DNA of 64,000 nt, taken from positions 32,001-96,000 of IMG/VR virus record IMGVR_UViG_2706795344_000001. One strand, written 5' to 3'. The translations under genes were made by a program, and so were the position numbers. The notes under the pieces were generated by a model. It ran no database searches. It had not been told where the DNA came from and was given only the letters and a program-made list of their open reading frames with translations. Positions 28,678 through 37,769 of this stretch are shown piece after piece. Each line of letters starts with the position of its first letter. Position 1 is the stretch's first letter. This DNA is from a virus (lineage: Duplodnaviria; Caudoviricetes).

Positions 28678-29643
28678 TTGAAAGATTTTAAAGACTTGCG
28701 ATACTGGAAACAGAAAGCATTATACATGAATATGTACGAGGGCAAGTCTGGTGCATCTATTAGTAGGGAATTGAATATTCCTGAACGTACAGTACAAGAC
28801 AACCTTAAAAAACTCAAAGTGAAGATAGATATTAATTCTATTTATGACCCTGACAATATTGGTAAGAGTATTGTGGATGGAGCTAAAATCCTATTCCATG
28901 ATATTGAAACATCACTAGCAGTTTCATATCACTTTGGTCAATGGCAACAAAATTTAGGTATTAAGCAACAAGTTTATGAGAGTCACCTATTATCACACTC
29001 ATGGGCATGGAATGATGGTGAGGTTGAAGGTACAATTCTAACTCCTGAAGAGGTTTTAGCTCGTGATGATAGTCGTTTAGTATTTGAAGTATGGGCCTTA
29101 CTAGATAAGTGTGATATCTATGTTGCACATAATGGTAAGAAGTTCGATGTCAAGAAACTAAATGGTTTCTTCCTTAAACATGGCTTACCGCCACCATCAC
29201 CATACAAGGTAGTTGATACCTTACAAATATCTCGAAACAAGTTTGGTTTACCTTTCCACAATCTTGCATACTTGGCTAAATTCTTGGATGTGACTCGTAA
29301 GATTGAGAACTCAGGTATTGAGCTATGGATTGATTGTGCCCATGGCATTCAATCAGCTTTAGATGAGATGTTGGACTACAACAAAGGTGATATCATTACC
29401 CTACGTGAGATTTACTATAAACTCATTGGTTGGGATAATAACGCTGTCAATATGTCGTTATATGTTCCTGTGGATGGTTTAGTGTGTCCACATTGTGCAA
29501 GCAATAAGATTACTAAGCTTCACAACAAGAGAGCGAGAACGGCACAAAGGACCTACCATGTCTATAGGTGTACTTCATGTACTGCTGTATTACGTGGTGG
29601 TACAGTGACAGGAAATGATACTAAGTTGTATCGTGTGATTTAA
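28678..29643 (+). CDS. RNase H-fold (DEDD) exonuclease with N-terminal HTH and C-terminal Zn ribbon
   Basis: HDIET, HNGKKFD and YNKGD; ISRELNIPERTV HTH; CPHC...CTSC. Confidence 0.85.
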   Translation: MKDFKDLRYWKQKALYMNMYEGKSGASISRELNIPERTVQDNLKKLKVKIDINSIYDPDNIGKSIVDGAKILFHDIETSLAVSYHFGQWQQNLGIKQQVYESHLLSHSWAWNDGEVEGTILTPEEVLARDDSRLVFEVWALLDKCDIYVAHNGKKFDVKKLNGFFLKHGLPPPSPYKVVDTLQISRNKFGLPFHNLAYLAKFLDVTRKIENSGIELWIDCAHGIQSALDEMLDYNKGDIITLREIYYKLIGWDNNAVNMSLYVPVDGLVCPHCASNKITKLHNKRARTAQRTYHVYRCTSCTAVLRGGTVTGNDTKLYRVI

Positions 29644-29668
29644 ATGGTTGTTTAATAGCCGTTTATGT

Positions 29669-29697
29669 TTGAAAATGGTAGGTTTCATTGTTATAAT
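29669..29697 (+). promoter_or_regulatory. Sigma70-type promoter inside an inverted repeat
   Basis: TTGAAA-17-TATAAT; TGGTAGG...CCTACCA. Confidence 0.5.
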
Positions 29698-29725
29698 GGC
29701 CTACCAATTAATTGAGGGATAGTTA

Positions 29726-30370
29726 ATGAGTCAGTATATAGAATTTGGTGTAGAGCAATTTAACAAATTTTTAAATGAGGAATTGCAACCAGCCGTTTAT
29801 GAATTTAATGGTGCATGTGGTAAAGACCCACACGTTGTAGATGATATCGATGAAGCAGCATTAATGGTTATTAATGAGTGTAAACGTGTTATTGAAGAAT
29901 GTGATGAAACTATTGCAGCATTTAAGGCTAAAGATTTAAAAGAGCGTTTAGATGGTGTGGTTGATGTTTACTGGACGTTTAGTCAGTTAGACAAATTAAT
30001 GGTTGTGTTTAATGAGAAGTTTGGAGACAAGCTTATTCAACACATGAAAGAAAATTACGAATATGATGAAGTATTGTTATTAACTTATGCAGTTAAGCTT
30101 GCACCATTAGCTATTCAGTTGGGTCAAGGTACAATCATTTCAGGTCATCGTATTTCTATTGCAGCTCGACGTATTATCGAGAACAACAAGCAAAAGTATA
30201 CAACAGATTTAGATACTGCATTGGATTGGGAAAAACATCGACCAGAAGGTGTTGTATTACGTAAGTATGAGTATTTAGGTAAAGAGTATTACTGCTTGAA
30301 ACGTGTGTCAGATGACTACATTGTTAAACCTTATACATTCAAGGATGTAAAGTTAGAGGACTTAGTATGA
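29726..30370 (+). CDS. MazG-like (all-alpha) NTP pyrophosphohydrolase
   Basis: EECDET...ERLDGVVD; N..K and K motifs. Confidence 0.65.
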   Translation: MSQYIEFGVEQFNKFLNEELQPAVYEFNGACGKDPHVVDDIDEAALMVINECKRVIEECDETIAAFKAKDLKERLDGVVDVYWTFSQLDKLMVVFNEKFGDKLIQHMKENYEYDEVLLLTYAVKLAPLAIQLGQGTIISGHRISIAARRIIENNKQKYTTDLDTALDWEKHRPEGVVLRKYEYLGKEYYCLKRVSDDYIVKPYTFKDVKLEDLV

Positions 30371-30750
30371 CAAGAAAAGTGGTGCGTGGTCCAGATCGAA
30401 TTCCACCTCCAGAGCGTTCAGTAAGTTTTAGCGACCTTACTCTTGGAGATAAGGATATTCAAGCAGTTCTGGATAAATGTGGTTTGGAATATGTATTAGT
30501 AAATCTATGGGGTTTCGATAAGAAATTCAATGCTGGTACACCAGAGAAGTTTTATGAAGTTAAAGAATGCCAACATGTCAATCGTGAAGGAAAAAGAGTA
30601 ACTGGAAAATTATATATTGGAGTCGAGAGACTTGATGATGAGTGGATTTTGCATGGTGCTCCGTCTGAACGGGCTAAGTTGGTTGCAAAGCGAGATGTGT
30701 CACTTTTACGAGAACTTTCTAGTATGAGTAGATCAGTAAATTCTTGCTAA
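30367..30750 (+). CDS. Hypothetical protein
   Basis: ATGA-coupled ORF. Confidence 0.65.
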   Translation: MTRKVVRGPDRIPPPERSVSFSDLTLGDKDIQAVLDKCGLEYVLVNLWGFDKKFNAGTPEKFYEVKECQHVNREGKRVTGKLYIGVERLDDEWILHGAPSERAKLVAKRDVSLLRELSSMSRSVNSC

Positions 30751-30754
30751 GTGT

Positions 30755-30780
30755 AATCCAGCCTTAGTGCTGGATTTTTT
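30755..30780 (+). terminator. Intrinsic terminator
   Basis: ATCCAGC-cttagt-GCTGGAT followed by a T run. Confidence 0.7.
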
Positions 30781-30799
30781 GTTATATAGGAGTAGTAAA

Positions 30800-33706
30800 T
30801 TGTCAGGAAAATATACATCAATCTTAATGCAAGAATCGAACTCATATGTGGATAGATTCCCTCAGTTCGTGGATGCAATTACATTTCAAAAGGAGGATTT
30901 GTTCTGGACAGAGAAAGAGATCAAAGTTGAAAAAGATGAACAGGACTTAAAACATAATATCCTACATTCGCAAGTTCACGCTTTGATGTTCAACCAACGA
31001 CTCTTTACTAAATATGAAGATGTCATTGGTAATGATTACTGGATTGGTGTTGTACATAAGAAGTATAAGTGTCATGAAATTCGAAGACTGGCTATTTGTT
31101 TTGCTGATGTCGAGAATAACATTCACTTCCCATTCTATCGTCGTGTGAACGAAGTTTTAGGGACCCATAACGATGAATTCTATGATGCATTTGAGACAGA
31201 CCCTATTTTAGTGGAACGTGTTAAATTCATGCAGGAATTGGTGGCATCGAAAGATACACTGGCATCTATGGGTGGATTTGCTTTCATGGAAGGTGCAGTA
31301 TTATTTACAGCATTTGCTATGATCAAGTCTCTCGGTGTTAAAGGTCAGTCATTTATGCCTAATTTGATTTCAGGTATTAACATGTCTATCCTTGACGAGA
31401 ACTTTCACATGCAGACGGCTTGTGAGATTTTCCGTACACAGTTAGAACTTGAGAATCGTACAGAGGAGGATGTTCGTAAGCTTAAAGAGGCCATCTATAA
31501 GCATGCTGAGAATGTCTTGGAACATGAATACATTATCATTAATGCTATGTTAGCTGAAGGTGATATTCCTTTTGCTTCTAAGAAGGAGTTGCAAGCATTT
31601 GCTCGTCACCGTGTTAACGTTGTATTAACAACTTTAGGTTTCCCTGAGTTAGCCACATTTGATGAGACAGATGATACTATCTCTGAGTGGTTCTATGAAT
31701 TCATGGGTGGGTATACAAGTAACGATAACTTCTATTCTCGTGGTCGTAACTACAAGAAAGAGTTCTCTGCTGTTGACTATGACATTATCTCAAATGGTGC
31801 TGTAGAGGAAGTACTTGCACAAATCCCTGATGAGTATTTAGACCAAATGGGTATTGACTTGAATCGTAAGTTCGAAAAGACTTTAGAGGAAGAGTTAGAG
31901 GCCAAACGTCCTAAACGTAAGAAGCACAACAATGCGGAAGATGCTTTATATGTTCCAGATTACAGTCGTGAACGTAAAGAGATGCAAGCACGTGGTGAAG
32001 CTCCTGAGTGGATGGCAACGGCTGGATGGCAGTTATTCAAGAAGAAATATCTTAACGGTGACTGTAAGACTCCAAAAGACCAGTACATGCGTATTGCTAA
32101 GTGTTTAGGGCAGTATGCACCTGAAGTTTACCCTTCTTGGTGGAATACTATTCCATATTGGGCTGGTTTGACATGGGAAGAGGCATTCTTCAAAATCATG
32201 TGGGATGGTTTCTTAAGTCCTTCAACTCCTGTACTTTCAAACACAGGTACAGATTTTGGTATGTCGGTATCATGCTCTGGTGCTGTAACTGAAGATAGTG
32301 TTGCTGGGTTCTATGACGCTCGTAAGATCAATGCATTACTTTCGAAAGAAGGTTTTGGTACTACAATTGATTTAGATCGTATCCGTGGACGTGGCATGCC
32401 AATGAAGGGTGGTATTGCCAATGGTGCTCTTCCTGTAGCTCGTATGTTCCGTCAGGATGCTTTAGATATCAGCCAAGGCTCACAACGTCGTGGTGCTACA
32501 GCTTGGTATTACAGTGTGGAAGGTTTGGACTTTGATGAATTATTACACTTCTTAGAGTATGATACGGATGGCAATAATGGTGGTTGGAAAATTACTAATG
32601 AGCTTCTTAACCGTGTCTTAATTGGTGATACATTAGCTATTGAACGTTTGAATAAAATCTTAGCTGTTCGACACCATGTAGGTTTGGGTTACGAATTATT
32701 TATCGATAAGGTGAATGCTCGTCGTCCTCAGATGTACAAAGATCGTGGTATGATGGTTTCTACAAGTAACCTATGTACTGAGATTACATTGTTTAGTGAC
32801 CCTGAACATACATTTACATGTGTATTGTCAAGTGAGAACTTAGTTCGATTTGATGAGCGTCCAGAGAACTTGGCCTTTGTTGGTACAGTGTTCCTTGACT
32901 GTGTGGCTGAAGACTTTATTCAGAAAGGTTCTAAGATCAAAGGTCTTGAAACTGCTGTTGAGTTTACTAAGAAAGGCCGTGCTCTTGGTTATGGTACAAT
33001 GGGCTTTGCTTCATACTTAATGCGTAACGACATCGAGTATGGTTCAATGGAATCATTCTGGAAGAATAAGAAGATTTATTCTACCCTTGAAGCAGAAACA
33101 AAAGCAGCTTCTAAATGGTTGGCTAAAGTTCTTGGTGAACCAGAGTGGTGTGAAGGTTATGGTGTTCGTAATACACACTTAATGGCTATCGCTCCTACTA
33201 AGTCTACAGGCTTATTAATGGGTGGTGACTCTGAGGGTATTAATGTTCCGTCAGCATTTGTATTTGCACAAGATACTCCAGCTGGAACTGTATTCCGTAT
33301 TGACCCATCATTCTTGATGTTGTTGAAACGTAAAGGTCTATATAAAATTGACCCTGAAACAAAACGATTAACACCTGAAACTGAGGCGTTATTAAAACGT
33401 GTGTCAGACAACCTTGGTAGTGTGCAAACATTAACAGATGTCTTGACAGACAAAGAACGTGCTGTATTTAAAACAGCTTATGAGATTAACCAGTACCGTC
33501 ATATTGATTTGTGTGCTCAACGTCAAGAACATATTGACCAAGCTCAATCAATCAACTTATTCATTGCGAATATGTCGGCTCAGGAAATCGCTAAGTTGTA
33601 TATGTATGCTGCACTTAACCCTAATATCTTGAGTTTGTATTACCATACTGGTATTCGTGACTCTCGTATTGGGGAGAATAAAAACGAATGTGAATCTTGT
33701 CAATAA
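30800..33706 (+). CDS. nrdB-nrdA: Class I ribonucleotide reductase, beta (NrdB) and alpha (NrdA) subunits fused in one ORF
   Basis: N-terminal half: FWTEKE, YE, ENNIHFPFY, EGAVLF, DENFH. C-terminal half: SPSTP, VSC, SNLCTEI, TCVLSS, APT, QAQSINL, LYY and terminal CESC. TTG start at 30800 after AGGAG. Confidence 0.9.
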   Translation: MSGKYTSILMQESNSYVDRFPQFVDAITFQKEDLFWTEKEIKVEKDEQDLKHNILHSQVHALMFNQRLFTKYEDVIGNDYWIGVVHKKYKCHEIRRLAICFADVENNIHFPFYRRVNEVLGTHNDEFYDAFETDPILVERVKFMQELVASKDTLASMGGFAFMEGAVLFTAFAMIKSLGVKGQSFMPNLISGINMSILDENFHMQTACEIFRTQLELENRTEEDVRKLKEAIYKHAENVLEHEYIIINAMLAEGDIPFASKKELQAFARHRVNVVLTTLGFPELATFDETDDTISEWFYEFMGGYTSNDNFYSRGRNYKKEFSAVDYDIISNGAVEEVLAQIPDEYLDQMGIDLNRKFEKTLEEELEAKRPKRKKHNNAEDALYVPDYSRERKEMQARGEAPEWMATAGWQLFKKKYLNGDCKTPKDQYMRIAKCLGQYAPEVYPSWWNTIPYWAGLTWEEAFFKIMWDGFLSPSTPVLSNTGTDFGMSVSCSGAVTEDSVAGFYDARKINALLSKEGFGTTIDLDRIRGRGMPMKGGIANGALPVARMFRQDALDISQGSQRRGATAWYYSVEGLDFDELLHFLEYDTDGNNGGWKITNELLNRVLIGDTLAIERLNKILAVRHHVGLGYELFIDKVNARRPQMYKDRGMMVSTSNLCTEITLFSDPEHTFTCVLSSENLVRFDERPENLAFVGTVFLDCVAEDFIQKGSKIKGLETAVEFTKKGRALGYGTMGFASYLMRNDIEYGSMESFWKNKKIYSTLEAETKAASKWLAKVLGEPEWCEGYGVRNTHLMAIAPTKSTGLLMGGDSEGINVPSAFVFAQDTPAGTVFRIDPSFLMLLKRKGLYKIDPETKRLTPETEALLKRVSDNLGSVQTLTDVLTDKERAVFKTAYEINQYRHIDLCAQRQEHIDQAQSINLFIANMSAQEIAKLYMYAALNPNILSLYYHTGIRDSRIGENKNECESCQ

Positions 33707-33716
33707 GGAGACAGAT

Positions 33717-33827
33717 ATGAAAGATGGATGGGGTATCGGCATCCGTGATGGTCATGGACTTGGTAAAGAGGGTTGGTCGTTTAAACGCTCAGAAGGCTGG
33801 GATGACAAAGAAGCTTGGGACTTGTAA
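33717..33827 (+). CDS. 36-aa peptide with repeated (D/E)GW motifs
   Basis: RBS TAAGGAG; MKDGWGIGIRDGHGLGKEGWSFKRSEGWDDKEAWDL; not in the ORF track. Confidence 0.6.
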   Translation: MKDGWGIGIRDGHGLGKEGWSFKRSEGWDDKEAWDL

Positions 33828-33834
33828 AAAGTTG

Positions 33835-33895
33835 TTGACAAGCTAAAACTTAACCATTAATATAAGGGCATATCTTTCGGGATGTGCCCTTTTTT
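33835..33895 (+). promoter_or_regulatory. Promoter abutting an intrinsic terminator
   Basis: TTGACA-17-TAATAT, then AAGGGCATATC-tttcgg-GATGTGCCCTT and a T run. Confidence 0.7.
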
Positions 33896-33909
33896 ATTAT
33901 GAGGTAAAT

Positions 33910-34173
33910 ATGAGTGTTACTGAAGCTAAACGATCAATGGTTGTAACAATTGGGAATAACGTATATAAAGTTGTTGCCTTGAAGAAAGGTATCAATGGTG
34001 GGGATAATAAATTATACCTTAATCGCATCGTTCATGGTGAGGTTGTGCCATTTATCCATAGAATTGCAAAGATGTCTGAAGTTTGCACAGTCGCATTGGA
34101 TGGAGTTATTCATTATAAGGTTGAGAAGCCTGATGGGTCTATCGGTTTCATTAAATTCGGAGAAATTAAATGA
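33910..34173 (+). CDS. Hypothetical protein
   Basis: RBS GAGG. Confidence 0.6.
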   Translation: MSVTEAKRSMVVTIGNNVYKVVALKKGINGGDNKLYLNRIVHGEVVPFIHRIAKMSEVCTVALDGVIHYKVEKPDGSIGFIKFGEIK

Positions 34174-34763
34174 TTGAGGTTGGTAAAAAATATAAAGTTG
34201 TTGTAGATGAGAATCTAACAAAATTTGGTATATGTAGAGGTGATATACTTGAGGTATTGAAAATAGTAACTCAGTCTGATGGATTAAATCATGCGACTGT
34301 TGTTCGAGTCCATCGTGATGGTGATTCATTTGATGTTAACTTTAAAGGTTATCAATATTACTGGTGTATATTTACAGATGGTATGGTTAATACATCTCAG
34401 GAACTTTATGAGTTGGTTGAGACTGAAGGGAAAGCAGAGGTCACTAAGGCTTACCTTAATGCGTATGGTGTAGAAACGTTAGAAGATCGTTATAATAAAT
34501 GGATTGTAGAAAATATCCATGTATACGAACTATTCTCTAAGTTTGCTATGCAAGCGATTGCTTCTGGCAAGAAACGTATTTCCCATTGGCTTATTGTGAA
34601 TCGTTTACGTTGGGAGGTTGAGATTGAAACTAAAGGTACAAGCTATCAAGATAAAGATTTCAAAATCTCAAATGATTACATTGCATTTCTAGCACGTGAT
34701 TTTATGAAAGATCATCCTGAACATGCTGGAGTATTTAAAATTAAGCAAATGAAGAGAGCTTAA
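34170..34763 (+). CDS. Two-domain hypothetical protein (conserved phage C-terminal domain)
   Basis: N.HVYELF..FA...I.NRLRWE...FKISNDYIAFLAR.F motif. Confidence 0.6.
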   Translation: MIEVGKKYKVVVDENLTKFGICRGDILEVLKIVTQSDGLNHATVVRVHRDGDSFDVNFKGYQYYWCIFTDGMVNTSQELYELVETEGKAEVTKAYLNAYGVETLEDRYNKWIVENIHVYELFSKFAMQAIASGKKRISHWLIVNRLRWEVEIETKGTSYQDKDFKISNDYIAFLARDFMKDHPEHAGVFKIKQMKRA

Positions 34764-34764
34764 T

Positions 34765-35802
34765 ATGTTCATATTCATACTTGGTTTTATTCTTGTTGGG
34801 GCGATCTTCTACCTGTGGAAAGATCATTTAAGAGATTTTTGGTGGGTTGTATTAGCCTCCGTGGTGATCTTCTCTATGATGTCAGCAATAACCTACAATG
34901 GGGCTAAAGATTCTCAGGGTGGGGATAAAATGATCTTAAATGGTCATGTGGTAAGTAAGTACTCAAAGCGAGTATCATGTAGCCATAGTTACAGTTGTAA
35001 CTGTAGGGTTGTAATAAATGGGAAATCATCATCGACCAAGTGTGATACATGTTATGAACATATGTATGATGTGGATTGGGTTGTGAAGTCGAATGTTGGT
35101 TCTGTAGAGATTGATCGTATCAATAGGCAGGGTACAAAAGAGCCACCTAGATTCACACAAGCTTATGTGGGAGAGCCATTCTCGATAGAGCTTGATTACT
35201 TTAATTACATCAAAGCGTCACCATTGAGTGTATTTAAGGACTTCAATGCTTATAAAAATGTAAGTATACCAAGTTACCCTAAGATATTTGACTATTACAG
35301 AGTGCATCATGTGGTTGATTTTAATAGTGAGTGGAGAGGTCAGTTCAAAGTTATTGATGACTATCTTGCACATAAACTAAAATACAGCTCAGCCAAAGTA
35401 AAGGCTAATGTGGTTGTGATCTTCTATGGTGCTGAAGATATACGTGAAGCTATGAGAGTTAAGAATTATGGTGGACGTATCAATGATTTAACAGTGATGA
35501 TTCAGGCTGATAAATCTGGTGTAATTAAGAATGCTTATGTATTCTCTTGGTCAAAAAGTGATTTAGTGAATGTCGTATTAAGGGACAAAATCCTTGATAT
35601 GAAAAATATGAATGGTAGTCAGAAGATTTTAGTTGACAGCATTGATGACATTCTATTAAAATACTACACACATCGAAGCGTAGAAGATTTTAAGTATCTT
35701 GAGGCAAACATTCAAATGCCTACGTGGTATTATGTAGTAACTATTATGTACAGTTTATTAATTTTTGGTGCTAACGTTTTTCTTAGCCGTAATGTGAGGT
35801 AA
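34765..35802 (+). CDS. Membrane protein with Cys/His cluster and TPM-like periplasmic domain
   Basis: Two N-terminal TM segments and one C-terminal TM; SCSHSYSCNC...CDTCYEH; GG..ND..V...FSWS. Confidence 0.6.
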   Translation: MFIFILGFILVGAIFYLWKDHLRDFWWVVLASVVIFSMMSAITYNGAKDSQGGDKMILNGHVVSKYSKRVSCSHSYSCNCRVVINGKSSSTKCDTCYEHMYDVDWVVKSNVGSVEIDRINRQGTKEPPRFTQAYVGEPFSIELDYFNYIKASPLSVFKDFNAYKNVSIPSYPKIFDYYRVHHVVDFNSEWRGQFKVIDDYLAHKLKYSSAKVKANVVVIFYGAEDIREAMRVKNYGGRINDLTVMIQADKSGVIKNAYVFSWSKSDLVNVVLRDKILDMKNMNGSQKILVDSIDDILLKYYTHRSVEDFKYLEANIQMPTWYYVVTIMYSLLIFGANVFLSRNVR

Positions 35803-35805
35803 TTT

Positions 35806-36375
35806 ATGAAGATTAGTGGTAAGGTTATTTTTGCAATTGTTGTAGGTTTACTATCGGTTGCTCTGGTTGCATGTGGATTAACATATGTGAAATATAAAAA
35901 TATTGGTGTCAACTATGAGCAGCAAGTGAAGGCTGTATATGACGACAATAAGGTGACATTGAACTCCTACACTACGAAAGTGCAAGAAGTGGCTCAAGTA
36001 CCTGACATGTACAAAAAGGACTTGCAGGATGTGATTAAAGGTACATTCGAAGGTCGATATGGTGAGAATGGTTCACAAGCTGTATTTCAAATGATTCAAG
36101 AAAGTAATATGAATCTGGACCCTAAGATGTACCAACAGATTCAACAGGTTATGGAGTCTGGGCGTAATGAGTTTAAGACTTCTCAGAAACAGTTGATTGA
36201 TGTGACACGAAACTATGAAGCGTCTTTAAACTATGTCTGGTCTGGCTTCTGGTTGAACCTTGCTGGATACCCTAAGATTAACTTGAATGATTACCGTATT
36301 ATTGTAACTGACGATGTTGATCAGAAGATGAAATCTGGCAAAGATTCGGTAATTAAATTAAAATCTGGAGAGTAG
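35806..36375 (+). CDS. LemA-like membrane-anchored helical protein
   Basis: N-terminal TM; Y.QIQQ.MESGRNEF...Q..LID....Y pattern. Confidence 0.55.
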   Translation: MKISGKVIFAIVVGLLSVALVACGLTYVKYKNIGVNYEQQVKAVYDDNKVTLNSYTTKVQEVAQVPDMYKKDLQDVIKGTFEGRYGENGSQAVFQMIQESNMNLDPKMYQQIQQVMESGRNEFKTSQKQLIDVTRNYEASLNYVWSGFWLNLAGYPKINLNDYRIIVTDDVDQKMKSGKDSVIKLKSGE

Positions 36376-36376
36376 T

Positions 36377-36553
36377 ATGAAAGCATTTTTTACAACCTAT
36401 TGGATTGTAGTTGCCTTGGTTTTGATTGGTTGGGTGTTGAATATCGCACAGATCATTAAGATGTCGGCTGTGACTGGATTGACGATTGTTAAGGTCATTG
36501 GTGTATTCATTGCCCCTCTTGGTGCTATATTGGGTTGGATAGGAGCATTTTAA
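36377..36553 (+). CDS. Small membrane protein (58 aa)
   Basis: GWVLNI...IGVFIAPLGAILG; RBS GGAG; not in the ORF track. Confidence 0.65.
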   Translation: MKAFFTTYWIVVALVLIGWVLNIAQIIKMSAVTGLTIVKVIGVFIAPLGAILGWIGAF

Positions 36554-36780
36554 TGCCTAAATACAAAATCTGTGTCACACGCATTCATGTGGATGAGATC
36601 ATCGTAGAGGCTGCTGATTTAGAGCATGCACAGGAGATTGGTAGTCATTATGAGGATGAGATGGAGTCTACACGAGATAACCATATTGAGTCTGAATGGC
36701 CTGTAACCAAATTACCAGATGATGCTGTAGTAAATTACAAACCTAAAGCGAAATATCTTGCAATGAAGAATTGGAAGTAA
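36553..36780 (+). CDS. Hypothetical protein
   Basis: TAATG coupling; VEAAD.EHA motif. Confidence 0.6.
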   Translation: MPKYKICVTRIHVDEIIVEAADLEHAQEIGSHYEDEMESTRDNHIESEWPVTKLPDDAVVNYKPKAKYLAMKNWK

Positions 36781-36814
36781 TATAATTGGGACTATCGAGA
36801 GATGGTCCCTTTTT
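36758..36814 (+). promoter_or_regulatory. Promoter abutting an intrinsic terminator
   Basis: TTGCAA-17-TATAAT, then GGGACTATC-gaga-GATGGTCCC-TTTTT. Confidence 0.7.
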
Positions 36815-36828
36815 ATTTGGAGGAAGTT

Positions 36829-37074
36829 ATGTGGAGAGGTAGAGCAATTTCTTTCATGATTATCGATGACTGCTTGCATGATATTGTAACTCATGATGAT
36901 ATGATGAAAGGTATATCTGAAAGGCTGTTGGAAGAGAATATTGTAGCTCCAGCATTTGATTCGGTTGGGAATTTTAAATTTAAACCACGTTATGCAAACA
37001 TGCGTCAACAAGAGTCAAATGACTGGAGACGTAAAGGTAAACGTGGTTTTAATGGATATCATAGATATGGATAA
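36829..37074 (+). CDS. Hypothetical protein
   Basis: RBS GGAGG before ATG 36829. Confidence 0.55.
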   Translation: MWRGRAISFMIIDDCLHDIVTHDDMMKGISERLLEENIVAPAFDSVGNFKFKPRYANMRQQESNDWRRKGKRGFNGYHRYG

Positions 37075-37249
37075 GAAGTTTAAAGTCAAATATAATACTA
37101 TCTCTTGGGGATTTAAGGGTACTATAACCAGTCATGAAACTACAGTTAAGGCTGAGGATGTAAAAGATGCAGTAAAGAAGGTCTTGATTAAAACTAAAGG
37201 CCATGCAATTAACTTGAGAGCTGAGGAACTTGAAAATGGGTCTGACTAA
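37067..37249 (+). CDS. Hypothetical protein
   Basis: Overlapping coupled ORF. Confidence 0.5.
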   Translation: MDKKFKVKYNTISWGFKGTITSHETTVKAEDVKDAVKKVLIKTKGHAINLRAEELENGSD

Positions 37250-37353
37250 ACATGAACGCCTTGCTATACTCTATGGTTTTATGGCTTTTATATTTTGCCT
37301 AATGTTTCTGATGGCTGGTGGGTCTTATTTAAAAACTACATGTGGAGGTTGAT

Positions 37354-37767
37354 ATGGGTAAAGCGTCACGCCTTAAACGGCAACGTAAGGCTCAGAGAGA
37401 GCAGAAACAACAAGCAGCTACTATCGCACCAATTCCATTGGAAGATGTCTTAAATGGGCAAATGGGGCGCTCCTATTGGGTGACAGGATACTATTGGGAA
37501 CACGACGTTAAAATCGTAGAACCTTTCTGTGTTGTTTGTATGTTTAAGAAGCTTGAGATTTCTAATTTAGATTCAAGAGATATAGAATACTATGAAGCTA
37601 AAAAGCTGTTGCTTGAGCCTCAGAAGTTATTTATACTTGAGGACAGGGTGGAAGCACTGAATGTATGTCAGATGCTTAATGATGAAAAAGAATTGTTGGA
37701 TGGTATGTCTTCATTCATGTCAGAGAACGATTTTAAAGAGTTTGCAAATAGTCGTATAGAGGGTTAA
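37354..37767 (+). CDS. Hypothetical protein
   Basis: RBS GGAGG; MGKASRLKR start. Confidence 0.6.
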   Translation: MGKASRLKRQRKAQREQKQQAATIAPIPLEDVLNGQMGRSYWVTGYYWEHDVKIVEPFCVVCMFKKLEISNLDSRDIEYYEAKKLLLEPQKLFILEDRVEALNVCQMLNDEKELLDGMSSFMSENDFKEFANSRIEG

Positions 37768-37769
37768 TT

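Noticed and set aside
30767-30799. GTG start for RNR given in the ORF track
   Set aside because: It lies inside the terminator hairpin; TTG at 30800 has a well-spaced AGGAG.
31766-31960. Intein or intron explaining the long RNR ORF
   Set aside because: No Cys/Ser...His-Asn splice motifs or homing endonuclease; the extra length is an intact beta subunit plus a short linker.
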